Origin: an uncultured Verrucomicrobiae bacterium
Lineage (GTDB): Bacteria; Verrucomicrobiota; Verrucomicrobiia; Chthoniobacterales; UBA10450
Assembly (NCBI GenBank): GCA_963834385.1
Contig: CAWIBO010000002.1
Span: 896,001 to 960,000 of the forward strand
DNA: 64,000 nucleotides
Reading direction: 5' to 3'
In this document: piece after piece, positions 30,016 to 40,003 of the stretch
Numbering within the stretch: the stretch's first letter is position 1
Layout: each line of letters starts with the position of its first letter
Made by a program: the position numbers and the translations under genes
The notes under the pieces: generated by a model
What the model was told of the DNA's origin: nothing
The model's input: the letters and a program-made list of their open reading frames with translations, nothing else
The model's database searches: none

Positions 30016-30251
30016 TTGTTCGTTTCTTTGCCCAGACCCGCCGCCAGACCGGCTGCGCCGAGACAGAAATCGCGGTGGAGCAGCCGATCGACGCCGACGA
30101 ACTTTGGCGCCGTCTTGAGAAAATGTTTCCTGGCATCGCCGGCACGCGCACCGGGACGCGTCTCGCGCGCAATCATGAGTTCGCGCGGGCGGACGCGGTC
30201 TTTGCCGGCCACGATGAAGTTGCGCTCATTCCTCCCGTCTCCGGCGGATGA
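30012..30251 (+). CDS. moaD: Molybdopterin synthase sulfur carrier
   Basis: DEVALIPPVSGG C-terminus. Confidence 0.93.
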   Translation: MIVRFFAQTRRQTGCAETEIAVEQPIDADELWRRLEKMFPGIAGTRTGTRLARNHEFARADAVFAGHDEVALIPPVSGG

Positions 30252-30625
30252 AGATTTCGATTCGGATTTCGCAGAGCGCGATCAGCGAAGGGGATGCGCC
30301 GATCGCGACCGACGGCTGCGGCGCGCTGGCCGAGTTTCGCGGCGTGGTGCGGCCGGAGGAAGCGGGCGCCGCCATCGCCGGGCTCGATTACGAGGCCTAC
30401 CAGCCGATGGCGGAAATGGAGATGGAGCGAATCCTGCGCGGTCTCACCCCGCAATTTCCCTGTGAAGCCGTCACCGTCGTGCACCGGGTCGGCCACGTCC
30501 CGGCCGGCGAGACTTCCCTCCTTGTGCGCGTGGCCGCAAAACATCGCGCGGAAGCGTTCGGCCTGCTCACGGCGTTCCTCGACCGCTTGAAGGAGGACGT
30601 GCCGATTTGGAAACTGCGGCCATGA
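30248..30625 (+). CDS. moaE: Molybdopterin synthase catalytic subunit
   Basis: FRGVVR, YEAYQPMA, HRVG, HR.EAF, LKEDVPIWK. Confidence 0.95.
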   Translation: MKISIRISQSAISEGDAPIATDGCGALAEFRGVVRPEEAGAAIAGLDYEAYQPMAEMEMERILRGLTPQFPCEAVTVVHRVGHVPAGETSLLVRVAAKHRAEAFGLLTAFLDRLKEDVPIWKLRP

Positions 30626-31825
30626 TCACGCTCGCCGAGGCTTTTGCGCGTGTCTGCGAGGCCGCCGTCACCCTGCCGGCGGAGGAAGTCTCCCTCGACG
30701 AGGCGCGCGGACGGGTGGTGCAGCGCGCGGTCGTGGCGGACCTCGATTCGCCGCCGTTTGATTGCTCGGCCATGGATGGATATGCCGTGCGCGAGCCGGC
30801 CGGCAGCACCGGTTTTCGCTGCGTCGATGAGGCCGGCGCGGGCGACGCGCGTGAACTGCATCTCGCGCCGGGCGAATGCGTCCGCATCTTCACCGGCGCC
30901 CGGGTTCCGGCCGAGAGCCACCCGCGTCATCATGCAGGAGGAAGTGACCCGCGACGGGGATCATGTCCGTGTGCAACCGCATGAGGCGCCCGCATTCATC
31001 AGGCGCCAGGGCGAGAACTGCCGGCGGGGCGCGATCGTGCTCCCGACCGGCGCCACCTTGACGCCCGTTGCGCTGGCGGCAGCCGCGTCGTGTGGCGTGA
31101 CCACTCTCCCGGTGCCGCGCCGCGCGCGGACCGTGCATATCGCCACCGGCGCCGAACTGGTCGCCCCGGAGACAACCCCCTCCGGCACGCAGATCCGTGA
31201 TTCCAATTCCATCCTGGTCCGCGCTTTCCTGGAGCAGAACAACGCCCTGCTCCGGCATCAGGAGCGGACCGGGGACGAGATCGAGGATAAAGGGGGCACG
31301 ACGCCGGATTCATGGCGGCGTCACACGGATGAGTGCGATCTCCTGCTCATCTCCGGCGGGGCCAGCGTGGGCGACCGTGACCGGGCACGATCGTTTTTGC
31401 TCGGGCAGGGTTTCGAAATTGTTTTCGACAAGGTGAACCTGCGCCCCGGCAAACCGACCATCTTCGCCACGCGCGGAGCGCAGCTCGCGTTTGCCATTCC
31501 CGGCAATCCCGTGTCGCATTGGGTCGTGCTCGAACTCCTGGTCCGTCCCGCGCTGCGCCGGCGGCACGGTCAATCTCCCGCCCGTGTGCTCGCGCAGGGA
31601 AATCTTGCGGCCGAGTTTACCTGCCGGCCCGACCAGCGCGAGACCTGGTGGCCCTGCCGGGCCGAGCCCCGGGAAGGCTCGGGTTGGGAATTGAGCCCGC
31701 TCCCGTTTGTCAGCTCGGGAGACGTCATGACCATCGCCGGGGCCAACGCCCTTCTTCCCCTTCCATCCGGCCAGGAAAAGTTGCCCGCAGGCCCGGTTTC
31801 CTTTCTCCTCTCTGCCCATGAGTGA
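30622..31825 (+). CDS. moeA: Molybdopterin molybdotransferase, frameshift near 30915
   Basis: PPFDCSAMDGYA, IFTGA, TGAELV, DSNS, SGGASVG, RPGKP, PGNPVS. Confidence 0.93.
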
Positions 31826-32267
31826 AGGGTTTTCCCATCTCGATGAGACTGGCGGTGCCCGCATGGTCAATGTCGGGGCCAAGGCCGACCAGAAGCGCCG
31901 GGCCCGCGCCGGCGGTTCCCTGCACTGCGCGCCGGAAACGATCCGGCTCCTGCGCGAACGCGCCCTGCCCAAGGGAGATGTCCTTACCGTGGCCAAGATC
32001 GCCGGGATCCAGGCGGCCAAGCAGACCAGTTCGCTCATCCCGCTTTGCCATCCGCTTCCGCTGACGCATGTCGACGTCTCCTTCGCCATCGCCGACGACG
32101 CCATCCAAATCGAGGCCGTGGCCGAGACCACCGGCAAGACGGGCGTGGAGATGGAGGCGCTCACCGCCGTCGCCGTCGCCGCCCTTACGCTCTACGACAT
32201 GTGCAAGGCGGTCGACAAGGGGATGTCGCTTCGCGAAATTTCGTTGCTCGAGAAGACCAAGGAATGA
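31818..32267 (+). CDS. moaC: Cyclic pyranopterin monophosphate synthase
   Basis: KGDVL, LIPLCH, TGVEMEAL, YDMCKAVD. Confidence 0.97.
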   Translation: MSEGFSHLDETGGARMVNVGAKADQKRRARAGGSLHCAPETIRLLRERALPKGDVLTVAKIAGIQAAKQTSSLIPLCHPLPLTHVDVSFAIADDAIQIEAVAETTGKTGVEMEALTAVAVAALTLYDMCKAVDKGMSLREISLLEKTKE

Positions 32268-32752
32268 AAGTCGCGCGCGTTACCCTGAGCGACCGCGCAA
32301 GCAACGGGGTCTACGAGGATGCCAGCGGCCCGGAGATCGAGCGCATCATCGGCGAATGTTTCGCTGAACCGCTGGAATGGTCGCGTGCCATCCTCCCGGA
32401 CGACCGCGCACTGATCGAGGAAGCGCTCCGCCGGTTGGCCGATCAGGAGGAATGCCTGCTCATCGTCACCACCGGGGGGACGGGACCGGCGCCGCGTGAT
32501 GTCACCCCGGAAGCGACCCGGGCGGTGCTGGAAAAGGAACTGCCCGGGTTCGGCGAGCTGATGCGCGCGCAAAGTTATGCCCGGGTCAAGACCGCCATTC
32601 TTTCCCGCGCGGTTGCCGGCGTGCGCGGGCAAAGTCTCATCATCAACCTGCCCGGGCGTCCGAGCGCAATCGGCGAAACGCTTCCCCTGCTTCTGCCGGC
32701 CATCGCCGAGGCGCTCGACCACGTCGCCGGGTTCCGGCCAGCCTTGCGTTAA
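32264..32752 (+). CDS. mog: Molybdopterin adenylyltransferase
   Basis: SDRAS.GVYED.SG, TTGGTGPAPRDVTPEAT, INLPG.P. Confidence 0.93.
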   Translation: MKVARVTLSDRASNGVYEDASGPEIERIIGECFAEPLEWSRAILPDDRALIEEALRRLADQEECLLIVTTGGTGPAPRDVTPEATRAVLEKELPGFGELMRAQSYARVKTAILSRAVAGVRGQSLIINLPGRPSAIGETLPLLLPAIAEALDHVAGFRPALR

Positions 32753-33711
32753 ACCGGCGGGCTTTCCTTCGACGCCATCTCCACCGCCTCGGGCGGCGGT
32801 GTCTCGAGCAGCGCCTCCGCCACGGAAGACGCTTCGTCGCGCCCTTCCAGCCAGCCCGCCACGCGTTTTCCAAAGTCGCGCGGACGCTCCGCAAAAAAGC
32901 GCCCGGCCAGCTCGGTCGCCGCCTGGAGCAGCTCGCCTTCGCTCCGGGCGACCAGCTCGAGCAATTCGCCGCGCTCGCCCTGCCAGTCGGGTTCCGGATG
33001 TTTCTCCACCCGTTCCGCCAAAAAACTCAGGTCATGCGCTTTCCCCAGCATGTCGGTCAGGTTCCTGATCTCGTCGCATATCCTGCGCAGCACCACCGGA
33101 TGATGCGGGCGGATGATCCGCACCTGATACCAGAGCCGTTTCGCCTGTTTGCGCAGTTCATGGAAACATTCGGCCGTCGGTTTTTCCTGGGCGCGCGCGA
33201 GCGCCTCCCGCCCGCATTTGTAGGTGGTCTGTAGGCACCGGGCATATTGTTTCGGGCCGAACTTCTCCAGGCTCCAGCCGGCCACCGCCTCGCGCACCGG
33301 GCAGAGCCGCGGGATCGCTTCCACCTGCCATTCGGCAAAAGCGGAGAGAAAATTCTGCAAATCGAGCAGGAGCGTCTCCTCGACCTTGCGAAAACCGCCA
33401 TTCTTCTTCCCGACCTGCTGCAGCTCGCGCACGGTCTGCAACCGCACCTCGGCATCGCGCACCTCCGAGACCAGCCGCCCCGTGTCGCGCAGCCGGCGAT
33501 CGAGCCGCTTAAATTCACGGCGACCAATCTCCTTTTCCACCAGGTGCAAAACCGCCCGCGCCTTTTTGAGATGCTTGCGCGTCTGGTGCACCGGCGACCC
33601 CTCCGTCTCCCGCTCCCCCGTGGCAATTTCGAGCGCGCGCCGCACCTGCCCCAGACAAAGCCGACGCAACGCCTCCCCCATCTCCTCCCCCCGCTTCACC
33701 TGAAAACTCAT
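32749..33711 (-). CDS. CHAD domain protein
   Basis: VHQTRKHLKKARA, RDAEV, FHELRKQAKRLWY, LGKAHDL. Confidence 0.9.
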   Translation of the reverse strand: MSFQVKRGEEMGEALRRLCLGQVRRALEIATGERETEGSPVHQTRKHLKKARAVLHLVEKEIGRREFKRLDRRLRDTGRLVSEVRDAEVRLQTVRELQQVGKKNGGFRKVEETLLLDLQNFLSAFAEWQVEAIPRLCPVREAVAGWSLEKFGPKQYARCLQTTYKCGREALARAQEKPTAECFHELRKQAKRLWYQVRIIRPHHPVVLRRICDEIRNLTDMLGKAHDLSFLAERVEKHPEPDWQGERGELLELVARSEGELLQAATELAGRFFAERPRDFGKRVAGWLEGRDEASSVAEALLETPPPEAVEMASKESPPV

Positions 33712-33720
33712 GCGCCCCCC

Positions 33721-33750
33721 TTCTTCCTTCTTACTTCTTACTTCTTACCT
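33721..33750. repeat. 7-nt tandem repeat
   Basis: TTCTTCC TTCTTAC TTCTTAC TTCTTAC, intergenic. Confidence 0.7.
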
Positions 33751-33758
33751 TTGCCCCC

Positions 33759-34649
33759 TCAGTGGCATCCAAAACACTCTTCCCCCTCCAGTTCCACGTC
33801 GATCGTGACATGCTCAAACGCGTCCCCGGCCAGTTCCTCGCGCAATCGTTGCTTGGCCTCGGCAATCTGCGTTCGGTCGCTGGTCGCCGCCATGACAATA
33901 TGCGCCGAGAGGACGTGATGTTCGCCGTCGAGCGTCCAGGTATGCACATGGTGTGAAGAGACCACGCCGGGCAGGGCGTTGATCCGTTTCTGGAAAATGT
34001 CGGCATCAAAACTTTCCGGCGCGCGCTGCAGGATGATGCCGAGCACGCCTCGCAGGTTGCGTCCGACGTTCCAAAGCACAAAGAGCGAGATGCCGATGGA
34101 AAGCAGCGGGTCGAGCACCGGCAGATCCCAGATTGCCATGGCCACCGCCCCGAGCAGGACCGCGCCCCAGCCGAGCACATCCTCCAGTAGATGCCAGCTC
34201 ACCATCTTTTCGTTGAGCGAACGGCCCCGCCGGGTCCGCCAGGCGGCGAACCCGTTCACCGCGATCCCGAGCAGGGCCAGCCCGATCATCCCCGGGACCC
34301 GCACCGGGGCCGGCGTCATGATCCGCTCCACCGCGTGCCAGACGATGATCCCCAGGCCGACGACCAGGACCAGGCCGGTGATGAGGGCGCCCAGCACGGA
34401 AAAGCGCCGGTAACCGTAGGTGAAAAGGGCGTTCGGATCCTGCCGCGCCCGTTTTTGCAGATACCAGGAAAGACCAATCGAGAGGGAGTCACCCCCGTCG
34501 TGCAGGGCATCGGAGAGAATGGCGATGCTGTTCGTCCAGAGGCCGCCCGCGATCTCCACCAGGGTAAAGGCGAAATTCAGGAAAAAGGCCAGCTTCAGGT
34601 TGCCGGTGCCGTCACCGCCGTGCTGATGCCCGTGAGATCCTCCTGCCAC
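33759..34649 (-). CDS. Cation diffusion facilitator (CzcD/ZitB-like)
   Basis: His-rich N-terminus, SIAILSDALHD, TYGYRR, HLLED, HVHTW. Confidence 0.93.
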   Translation of the reverse strand: MAGGSHGHQHGGDGTGNLKLAFFLNFAFTLVEIAGGLWTNSIAILSDALHDGGDSLSIGLSWYLQKRARQDPNALFTYGYRRFSVLGALITGLVLVVGLGIIVWHAVERIMTPAPVRVPGMIGLALLGIAVNGFAAWRTRRGRSLNEKMVSWHLLEDVLGWGAVLLGAVAMAIWDLPVLDPLLSIGISLFVLWNVGRNLRGVLGIILQRAPESFDADIFQKRINALPGVVSSHHVHTWTLDGEHHVLSAHIVMAATSDRTQIAEAKQRLREELAGDAFEHVTIDVELEGEECFGCH

Positions 34650-34705
34650 AAGGATTCTTCTAGAAAGACTCGCTCATCGGCGCAACATTTGTCAGCATCG
34701 ACCCT

Positions 34706-36775
34706 GTGACTCCATCCTCAGTCGGGGACGGGTCCGGTGCCGGCAACGGCGCGGGATCCGCCGCCCCTTTAGCGTCTCAAGGCGGCGCGCCCGCCTCGGA
34801 ACGGGCCGATTTGCGCCCTGAAAACATCGACGACGCCGTCATCCGGCTCGCCGGCAATTCGCAGGACGGCATCCAGACCGCCGGCGCTTTTCTCGCCCGG
34901 CTGGCCGGCCGCTCCGACCAGGACGTCATGACCTACATGACGATTCCCTCCACCATTTCCGGTGGCCCTTCCATTTTCCAGGTCCGCATCGGCACCGGCG
35001 AAGTCCTTTCCGCGGGCGACGAAGCCGATTTCTTGGTCGCCTTTTACCAGCACAGTTACCAGGACCATGTCTCCTTCCTGCGCGAAGGCGGCGTGCTCCT
35101 TTACGATTCCGATAACGTCGAGCCGGATCTCGACGACAAACGTTTCGTTTATGTCGGGGTGCCGATCACCGGCCTGACCGTGGAAGCGCTCGGCGGCACG
35201 GCCAAGGACAAGGGGAAAAACATTTTCGTCCTCGGGTTGATCGCCAAGATTTTCAGCCTCGACGTCGAGAAGCTCGCGACGCTGATCAAGGAGAAGTTCG
35301 CCGGGAAAGACGAGAGCATCGTCAACACCGCCATCATGGCTTTCACCGCCGGTTACGCTTATCCGGTCGGCAAGGTTCTCAGTCACCAGTACAAGTTCGA
35401 GCAGATCCAGCGAACGGATGGCCGGGCCCAGATCACCATGGACGGCAACCAGGCGCTCGCCTACGGCCTCATCGCCGGCGGCATCCGTTACGGCGCCGGT
35501 TATCCCATCACCCCCTGGTCGTCGGTCATGGAAATTCTCCGGCGCGAACTCCCAAAATACGGCGGGCTCTTTGTCCAGTCGGAGGACGAGCTCGGCGCGG
35601 TTTCCACCGCGCTCGGTTTTTCTTATTCGGGTAACCTCGCGGTCACCGGCAGCGCCGGACCGGGCATCTCGCTCAAGACCGAGGCGATCGGCTGGGCTTC
35701 CATGGCCGAGATCCCGCTCATCATCATCAACGTGCAACGGGGCGGCCCCAGCACCGGTCTTCCGACCAACGTCGAACAGAGCGACCTTCACCAGGCCATC
35801 TACGGCGGACACGGCGACAGTCCGCGCGTCGTTCTCGCCGCCCAGACGGTGGAAGATTGCTTTTATATCGCGATCGAGGCGGCGCGCATCGCGCGCAAAT
35901 ACAGCACCCCGGTCTTTGTCCTGAGCGACACCTCGCTGGCCACCCGGATCGAGGCGTTCGACGAACCGAACCTGGGCGAGCTGATGCTTGATCCGAAGCC
36001 GGATCTTTCGCCGCGCCAGACGTTCAAGCCTTACCCGCTGGACCAGGTGACGCAGCATCTGCCGCCCGGCACCCGCATTCTCGACGGCAAATACCCGCTC
36101 GTCACCGGGCTCGAGCACGACGAAATGGGGCACCCGACCGGCAGCCCGAAATTGCACATGGCCATGACGGCCAAGCGCCGGGTCAAACTGCAGAAGCTGG
36201 CGGAGGAATTGCCGGTCCCGGAAATTTACGGCGACCCGGAAGGCGAGTTTCTGCTTGTGGGCTGGGGTTCAACCTACGGGCCGATCCACGACGCGGTGAA
36301 AAAGGCGCGCATAGCCGGGCACCCGCTCTCCGCGATTCATCTGCGGCATATCCATCCGTTGCCGAACGGCCTCGAAACCATCTGGGCGAAGTTCAAGAAG
36401 ATCATTGTGGTAGAGATGAACGACCAGGGGGTCTACGGCTACGGTCAGCTCGCGACCATCCTGCGGGCACGCTATTGCGAACCGAAGATCAGCGGCCTCA
36501 CCAAGACGGACGGGCTCACCTTCCGCGTAAAGGAGATTCTAGCCGCACTGGGCGAAGATTACGCCGCCGCGGGCGAGACCATGCGGCCGCGCCTCGGTGA
36601 AGCGCGCGGGACCACGCCGGCACCGAGCACCGCCGCCGCCACCAGCCGCGCCGAAGCCAAGGTGTCAGCCGCGCGCGACCGCGCCCAGGATAACACCCCG
36701 ACCAAGCCCGGCACCGAAGCCATCCTCGCCTCCTCCGGCAGCAATGAAACCCGCGAAACCGAGCGGGAGAAATGA
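34706..36775 (+). CDS. 2-oxoacid:ferredoxin oxidoreductase alpha subunit (KorA-like)
   Basis: GYPITP, QSEDEL, SAGPGISL, QRGGPSTGLPT, TGLEHDE, GWGS. Confidence 0.95.
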   Translation: MTPSSVGDGSGAGNGAGSAAPLASQGGAPASERADLRPENIDDAVIRLAGNSQDGIQTAGAFLARLAGRSDQDVMTYMTIPSTISGGPSIFQVRIGTGEVLSAGDEADFLVAFYQHSYQDHVSFLREGGVLLYDSDNVEPDLDDKRFVYVGVPITGLTVEALGGTAKDKGKNIFVLGLIAKIFSLDVEKLATLIKEKFAGKDESIVNTAIMAFTAGYAYPVGKVLSHQYKFEQIQRTDGRAQITMDGNQALAYGLIAGGIRYGAGYPITPWSSVMEILRRELPKYGGLFVQSEDELGAVSTALGFSYSGNLAVTGSAGPGISLKTEAIGWASMAEIPLIIINVQRGGPSTGLPTNVEQSDLHQAIYGGHGDSPRVVLAAQTVEDCFYIAIEAARIARKYSTPVFVLSDTSLATRIEAFDEPNLGELMLDPKPDLSPRQTFKPYPLDQVTQHLPPGTRILDGKYPLVTGLEHDEMGHPTGSPKLHMAMTAKRRVKLQKLAEELPVPEIYGDPEGEFLLVGWGSTYGPIHDAVKKARIAGHPLSAIHLRHIHPLPNGLETIWAKFKKIIVVEMNDQGVYGYGQLATILRARYCEPKISGLTKTDGLTFRVKEILAALGEDYAAAGETMRPRLGEARGTTPAPSTAAATSRAEAKVSAARDRAQDNTPTKPGTEAILASSGSNETRETEREK

Positions 36776-36779
36776 GGAT

Positions 36780-37170
36780 AATTTGGAAGCCAGGAAATCC
36801 AGGAAATGGAAAAGAACTTTTGAATCAGGAAAGTAGGAACACAGGAAAGTGAGGAGAAGTGCTCTTGGACATTCGATCTCAAACCTTCCCGCTTTCTCCT
36901 GCTTTCTTGTTTTCCTGATTAATGAATTTGGAAACCAGGAATCCAGGAAGAGGAGAACAGAACTTGAATCAGGAAAGCAGGAACACAGGAAAAGGAAGAG
37001 AGACGCTCTTAAACGCTCGTCCCCAAACACCAGTCCCTCTCTTCTTCCTGCTTTCTTGTTTTCCTAATTCATTTTCCTGGCTTCCTGGTTTCCAAATTCA
37101 ATCCTTTCCTGCGTTCCTCCTTTCCTGATTCATCTTCATGGTTTCCAAATTAAATCCTTTTTCCTGATTC
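36780..37170. repeat. Nested palindromic array of CAGGAA/TTCCTG repeats
   Basis: Arm A (AATTTGGAARCCAGGAA..CCAGGAA) at 36780 and 36925; arm B (GAATCAGGAAAGYAGGAACACAGGAAA) at 36822 and 36966; reverse complements at ~36893, 37045, 37074, 37105, 37135 and 37160. Confidence 0.92.
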
Positions 37171-37173
37171 CTT

Positions 37174-38121
37174 ATGAGCACTGAAACCCTTGTCCCCTCG
37201 TCGTCCGCGGAGCAGCCGCGGGAGAAATTAACCAAGAAGGCGATCACGGCCGATCACCCGACCTGGTGTCCGGGCTGCGGCGATTTCGCTGTGCTCGCCT
37301 CCTATTACAAGGTGCTCGAGAAACGGCAGGTGGAGCACGAGAAGATCGTGACCCTCGCCGGGATCGGTTGTTCCTCGCGGTTCCCGTATTTCGTCAACGG
37401 CCATGGCGCCCATTTCATCCATGGTCGCGCCGTTCCGCTCGCGTCCGGGATCAGCCTGGCCCGGCCCGATCTCCATGTTTTCCTTTTCGGCGGCGACGGC
37501 GACGGTTTTTCCATCGGCGGCAACCATCTCGACCATGGGGCGCGCAAGAACATCAACCTCACCTATTTCATCATGGACAACTTCGTCTACGGCCTGACGA
37601 AGAAGCAGACGTCGCCCACCTCGCCGCTCGGGTTCAAGAGCAAGACCGATCCGCAAGGCTCGATTGATCAGCCGGTCAACGCCATGAAGAAGCTGGTCGC
37701 GAGCGGCGCCACCTTCGTCGCGCGCACGCATGCCACCCAGGTGAAACACATGATGGAGATGATCGAGCGCGCCATGGACCATCCCGGGTTCAGCGTCATC
37801 GAATGCTTATCCGAGTGCGTCGAGTTTTATCCTGACGTTTTCGACCCGGCCGATCCGCGCAAAGGCGGCAGCTTCGAGGTCATCCAGGAAAAGAAGTGGG
37901 ACAACACTCCCGAGGACGAGCTTCGTCACGATGTCACCGACGAGCTGGCCGCCTACAAGCTCGCCCAGCTCCCCTTCCCCGGCGTCTTCGGCGTCTTCTA
38001 CCAAAACGATCGCCCGACCAAGAACGCGCTCGAGAAGAAGTGGGTCGATACGACGCGAGAGAAGCTCGGCCAGCCGAGCGATCTCCAGCTTCTCCAGAAG
38101 ACTTTTGATCGGATGAAGTAA
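37174..38121 (+). CDS. 2-oxoacid:ferredoxin oxidoreductase beta subunit (KorB-like)
   Basis: WCPGCGD, GIGCSSR, HGRA, GDGDG..IGGNH, YGLTK.Q.SPT. Confidence 0.95.
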   Translation: MSTETLVPSSSAEQPREKLTKKAITADHPTWCPGCGDFAVLASYYKVLEKRQVEHEKIVTLAGIGCSSRFPYFVNGHGAHFIHGRAVPLASGISLARPDLHVFLFGGDGDGFSIGGNHLDHGARKNINLTYFIMDNFVYGLTKKQTSPTSPLGFKSKTDPQGSIDQPVNAMKKLVASGATFVARTHATQVKHMMEMIERAMDHPGFSVIECLSECVEFYPDVFDPADPRKGGSFEVIQEKKWDNTPEDELRHDVTDELAAYKLAQLPFPGVFGVFYQNDRPTKNALEKKWVDTTREKLGQPSDLQLLQKTFDRMK

Positions 38122-38328
38122 CGCGTCGGCTCTCCCCGATAACGCTTAATCGATAAGCGAAGCGCCGCAGAAAGCTTTCGGCCGGTTGTAGAGGTCAAAG
38201 ACCGGGAGTCGGGGGAATCGCGGTTCTCGGCCTGCGCCGCGGCCTCGCCATAAAAAAGGATCTCCTGGGGCGAAGGCGGTGCGTAGGCGCGGCTTGGCAA
38301 AGCCGGCATATTTGTTCTAATCGGTCGC

Positions 38329-39714
38329 GTGGAGCGCGCCGGTTACACCTTTTTGGCGGTGATGCTCTTCGTCGCGGGCTCGTCGGCGCGGGGGGATGCG
38401 ATCGATGATTATGTGAGCGAGCGCATGCGCGAGCTGCGGCTGCCGGGGCTGGCGCTGGCGGTGGTGCGCGATGGACAAGTGCTTATAACGCGCAGTTACG
38501 GCAGCGCGGACCTGGAGATGAACGCGCCGGTGACAGCGGAGACGGTTTTCGAGCTTGGCTCGGTCACGAAGCAATTTACGGCCGCGGCAGTGATGTTGCT
38601 GGTCGAGGAAGGCAAGGTCGGCCTGGACGACAGCATTGCGAAGCATTTATCGCAACTGCCAGCGGGGTGGCGCGGGATCACGGTGCGCCATTTACTCAAC
38701 CATTCTTCGGGCATCCAGGAGTATCTCACCGTGCCGGGGCTGCCGGTCGCGGCGCATGCGGCGGAAAGTTTCGACGAAATGACGGGTCTGCTCGGAAAGC
38801 GACTAAAGCTGGAATTCGCCCCGGGGGAGACGTGGGCCTACAGCAACAGCGGCTATCTCTTGCTCGGCAACATCGTCGAGCGCGCGAGCGGACAATCGTA
38901 TTGGGAATTTCTGCGCAATCGCATCTTCACGCCACTCGGGATGAAAGCGACGCGGAGCAGCGATCCGCGCGCGGTGATTCCCCAGCGCGCGGCGGGTTAC
39001 GGCTGGCGTGAGGGACGGTTTGAGAATCGCGCAGCGCTTTCAGAAAATGCGCAAGGGGCAGGCGCCATCGTCTCGAACATCGGCGACATGGCGCGCTGGG
39101 AAGCAGGCTTGCATCGCGGGGAGTTGCTGAGGAAAGCCAGTTGGGAACAGATTTGGACGCCGCTCCGGGTGAGCAGCAGTCCGGTCGCGCCCTTCAGTTA
39201 TGGCTTCGGCTGGGTGGTCGATTGGGAGCATGGCAAACGCGCGGTTTTTCACAGTGGCGGGACGCCGGGGTTTTCCTCTGCCTTTCGCCGATATCCGGAG
39301 GAAGGGCTGGCGGTGATCGTGTTAACAAATCATGGCGACCGGATTTTGGATCATCTGCCGGTTGAGATCGCCGGCCTGGTCGAGCCGACGCTGGCGCGCG
39401 CACAGTCGGCGACCGATCCCAATCCCGAACGTAGCGAACGGCTGACGAAGGCGCTACGCGCCGTCTTGAGCGGAAAGCCCGACCCGAAGCACCTCACACC
39501 GGCGATGCAGCTCTTTCTGAAAACGACCAGCGGCAGTGGATTAAGCGAGTGGGTGGCATCGCACGGCGAGTTGAAGTCGCTGACCTATTCGCAAACGGAG
39601 CGCGCCGGGGAAAACGACACCTTGCGCTACCGCGCGGTTGTGGGCGACGCGCACCTTTGGTTCAGTTTCACCCTGACGAAAGACGGTAAGATCGCGCAGC
39701 TCGTATGGTGGTAG
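38329..39714 (+). CDS. Serine hydrolase, beta-lactamase class C-like
   Basis: SVTK (SxxK), LLNHSSG, YSNSGY, HSGG. Confidence 0.92.
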   Translation: MERAGYTFLAVMLFVAGSSARGDAIDDYVSERMRELRLPGLALAVVRDGQVLITRSYGSADLEMNAPVTAETVFELGSVTKQFTAAAVMLLVEEGKVGLDDSIAKHLSQLPAGWRGITVRHLLNHSSGIQEYLTVPGLPVAAHAAESFDEMTGLLGKRLKLEFAPGETWAYSNSGYLLLGNIVERASGQSYWEFLRNRIFTPLGMKATRSSDPRAVIPQRAAGYGWREGRFENRAALSENAQGAGAIVSNIGDMARWEAGLHRGELLRKASWEQIWTPLRVSSSPVAPFSYGFGWVVDWEHGKRAVFHSGGTPGFSSAFRRYPEEGLAVIVLTNHGDRILDHLPVEIAGLVEPTLARAQSATDPNPERSERLTKALRAVLSGKPDPKHLTPAMQLFLKTTSGSGLSEWVASHGELKSLTYSQTERAGENDTLRYRAVVGDAHLWFSFTLTKDGKIAQLVWW

Positions 39715-40003
39715 AACGGGAATGGCGAAGCTTGGAGGCGTCCCCGGATGAAGATCACATCGTCAGCGGCTTACGATTGTCCCTCCCTTCCGGGAACCGA
39801 CGCGCACGGCGGTTTCGTCGGGCCGAGACGATCGTTGGTCTCATTCACGAGACTGGTTGCTGCCCGGAAGTCTCAAATTGGCGACGCGCCCAAGCTCCGT
39901 CAAAAGCCTGCAACTTGGCAAGGCGCGCCGTGACACTGACGACGAACTTCCCGCGGCGGGTCAGGCTTGTCTCTGGCCGCCGGTTTCTGTAGACATCGTG
40001 TCG

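Noticed and set aside
1386..36157. Long antisense ORFs opposite gap, pgk, argS, the spermidine-synthase-like gene and the oxidoreductase alpha gene
   Set aside because: These are shadow ORFs expected from high-GC codon bias and have no recognisable motifs.
36560..36775. Extra domain at the C-terminus of the oxidoreductase alpha subunit
   Set aside because: Low-complexity Ala/Thr-rich tail with no motif.
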